Positions 43,921 to 45,107 of a DNA stretch of 45,107 bases are shown here, piece after piece. The notes below the pieces were generated by a model. The model was not told where the DNA came from. It saw nothing but the letters and a program-made list of their open reading frames with translations, and made no database searches. Origin of the DNA: Macrostomum lignano (taxonomy: Eukaryota); contig NIVC01002052.1 in NCBI GenBank assembly GCA_002269645.1, positions 1 through 45,107 on the forward strand. Direction: 5' to 3'. Within the stretch, counting starts at the first letter, position 1, and the number at the start of each line of letters is the position of its first letter. The position numbers were made by a program, and so were the translations under genes.

Positions 43921-45107
43921 CTGCTGCTCCTATTTTAAGACCCCAACTGACAGCGTATTTCTTTTTTGTTGTTGTTGACTATCAACTCTGCGGCAACATA
44001 ATTGCAATCTAAGCAGAAATTCAGGAACAGGAAGACACAAAACTCTCGGTTGTTTAGGTCGAAAATTCTCGCCAACTTTGCCGAGCCACACTTGAGCTCT
44101 CGGCTCCCCACAGCTTAGGTGCTTGAAGGCAAACAGAAAAACCGAGAGCGAGAGCACGACTTACCACCCAGAGGGTGAAACTGAGAGACGAGAACGGAAG
44201 AGAAAGAGAGACAGGGAGAGAGAGAGAGAGTGACGAGACAAGAGAGAGCATTTTCTCTCTAGGCCATAGATTCTGCATGGCAACTAGTGCAAACACCGCG
44301 GGCCGGTTAAACAGACAGCATTGGCAGTTACGTGTTGCCACAGTAAACATGCCTCTCAGAACCACCGAAGCCTAACAACGAAAAGCCAGTTCTGGCTGCC
44401 GCTCGCTGCTCGCACAGAAACAGATGCTAAAGTGCCAAAGACCTCTCGAAAAGCAAAAAAAAGCTTGCTTTATAAAGCTAGAGAGTACTTTTTACGAGTA
44501 TCGTCTGTCGAGGAGGCATTACAGTCTCGCGTTCATCAGTAGTCACTCGCTAATGAATTGATTAGCCATAGTGTGTGCTAATTGGTCAATTCAATCGAAC
44601 TATTGTTTTGTCCAGCACTTAAATTCAGTATTTACCTTGCCGTGTCTGAATGGCACTTTAGTGTCTAGCAAACATCTGTATGGAAGAGACAACCAGAAAT
44701 ATAAGGCAAATATACTTCAGAGAACGGTGCACGGAGTTGGTGTCAATGCTACAACTGTCGTTTATTTGAGAAACGATGCAAGTTTTTAATTGAATTGACA
44801 CAAAATAGCATAAAACGTCACAATCGTATGTACGAGTTTGTTATTTATTTTCTACAAAAAAATTCCTAAACATACTGCTTAAATTAGTAATATCAGATAT
44901 AAAGATATTTCCTTCATAGTTCAGGCGGTAATCTTTTCAAAAGCCACGCTTACCTTGTAGTTAGTACGAGGCCTTTGACGCAAAATTTGAAACCTAACTA
45001 TAAAAACAGTACAGGGGATGACGGGACATGTCAACAACCTCAAGAGTCAACTTTCGCATGTTAAAGTACTCGTAGATTATGCTGATCCAACGATCCCAAC
45101 ACACAGT

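Overview
Eukaryotic (metazoan) genomic DNA with GC-rich exons and AT-rich or repeat-filled introns. The style (GC-rich exons, 42-50 nt minimal introns, dense minisatellites) suggests a flatworm such as Macrostomum, but that is inference only. I reconstructed six recognisable genes by hand from GT-AG boundaries, phase continuity and remembered family motifs: WDR13 (+, 5 exons); a RING/B-box/coiled-coil/NHL TRIM-like gene nested antisense in WDR13 intron 3; RALBP1 (+) with a tandemly duplicated Ral-binding domain; KCMF1 (-); a RING plus TRAF-type zinc-finger E3 (-); and TTLL2 (+, single coding exon). Two unidentified multi-exon fragments lie at the window ends on the minus strand. About a dozen unrelated mini/microsatellite arrays occur, mostly one per large intron; they explain nearly all the long repetitive ORFs in the track. 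Mobile DNA includes a TSD-flanked deleted MULE, two Charlie/hAT MITEs, two tRNA-derived CORE-like SINEs, a mariner fossil, a LINE 3' fragment, a foldback MITE and a CCA-bearing tRNA-Glu relic. Three single-base deletions break otherwise intact ORFs and are probably assembly errors. I found no prokaryotic features or CRISPR arrays and no clearly new biological system; the best leads are the nested TRIM-NHL gene, the double Ral-binding domain and the one-array-per-intron architecture.
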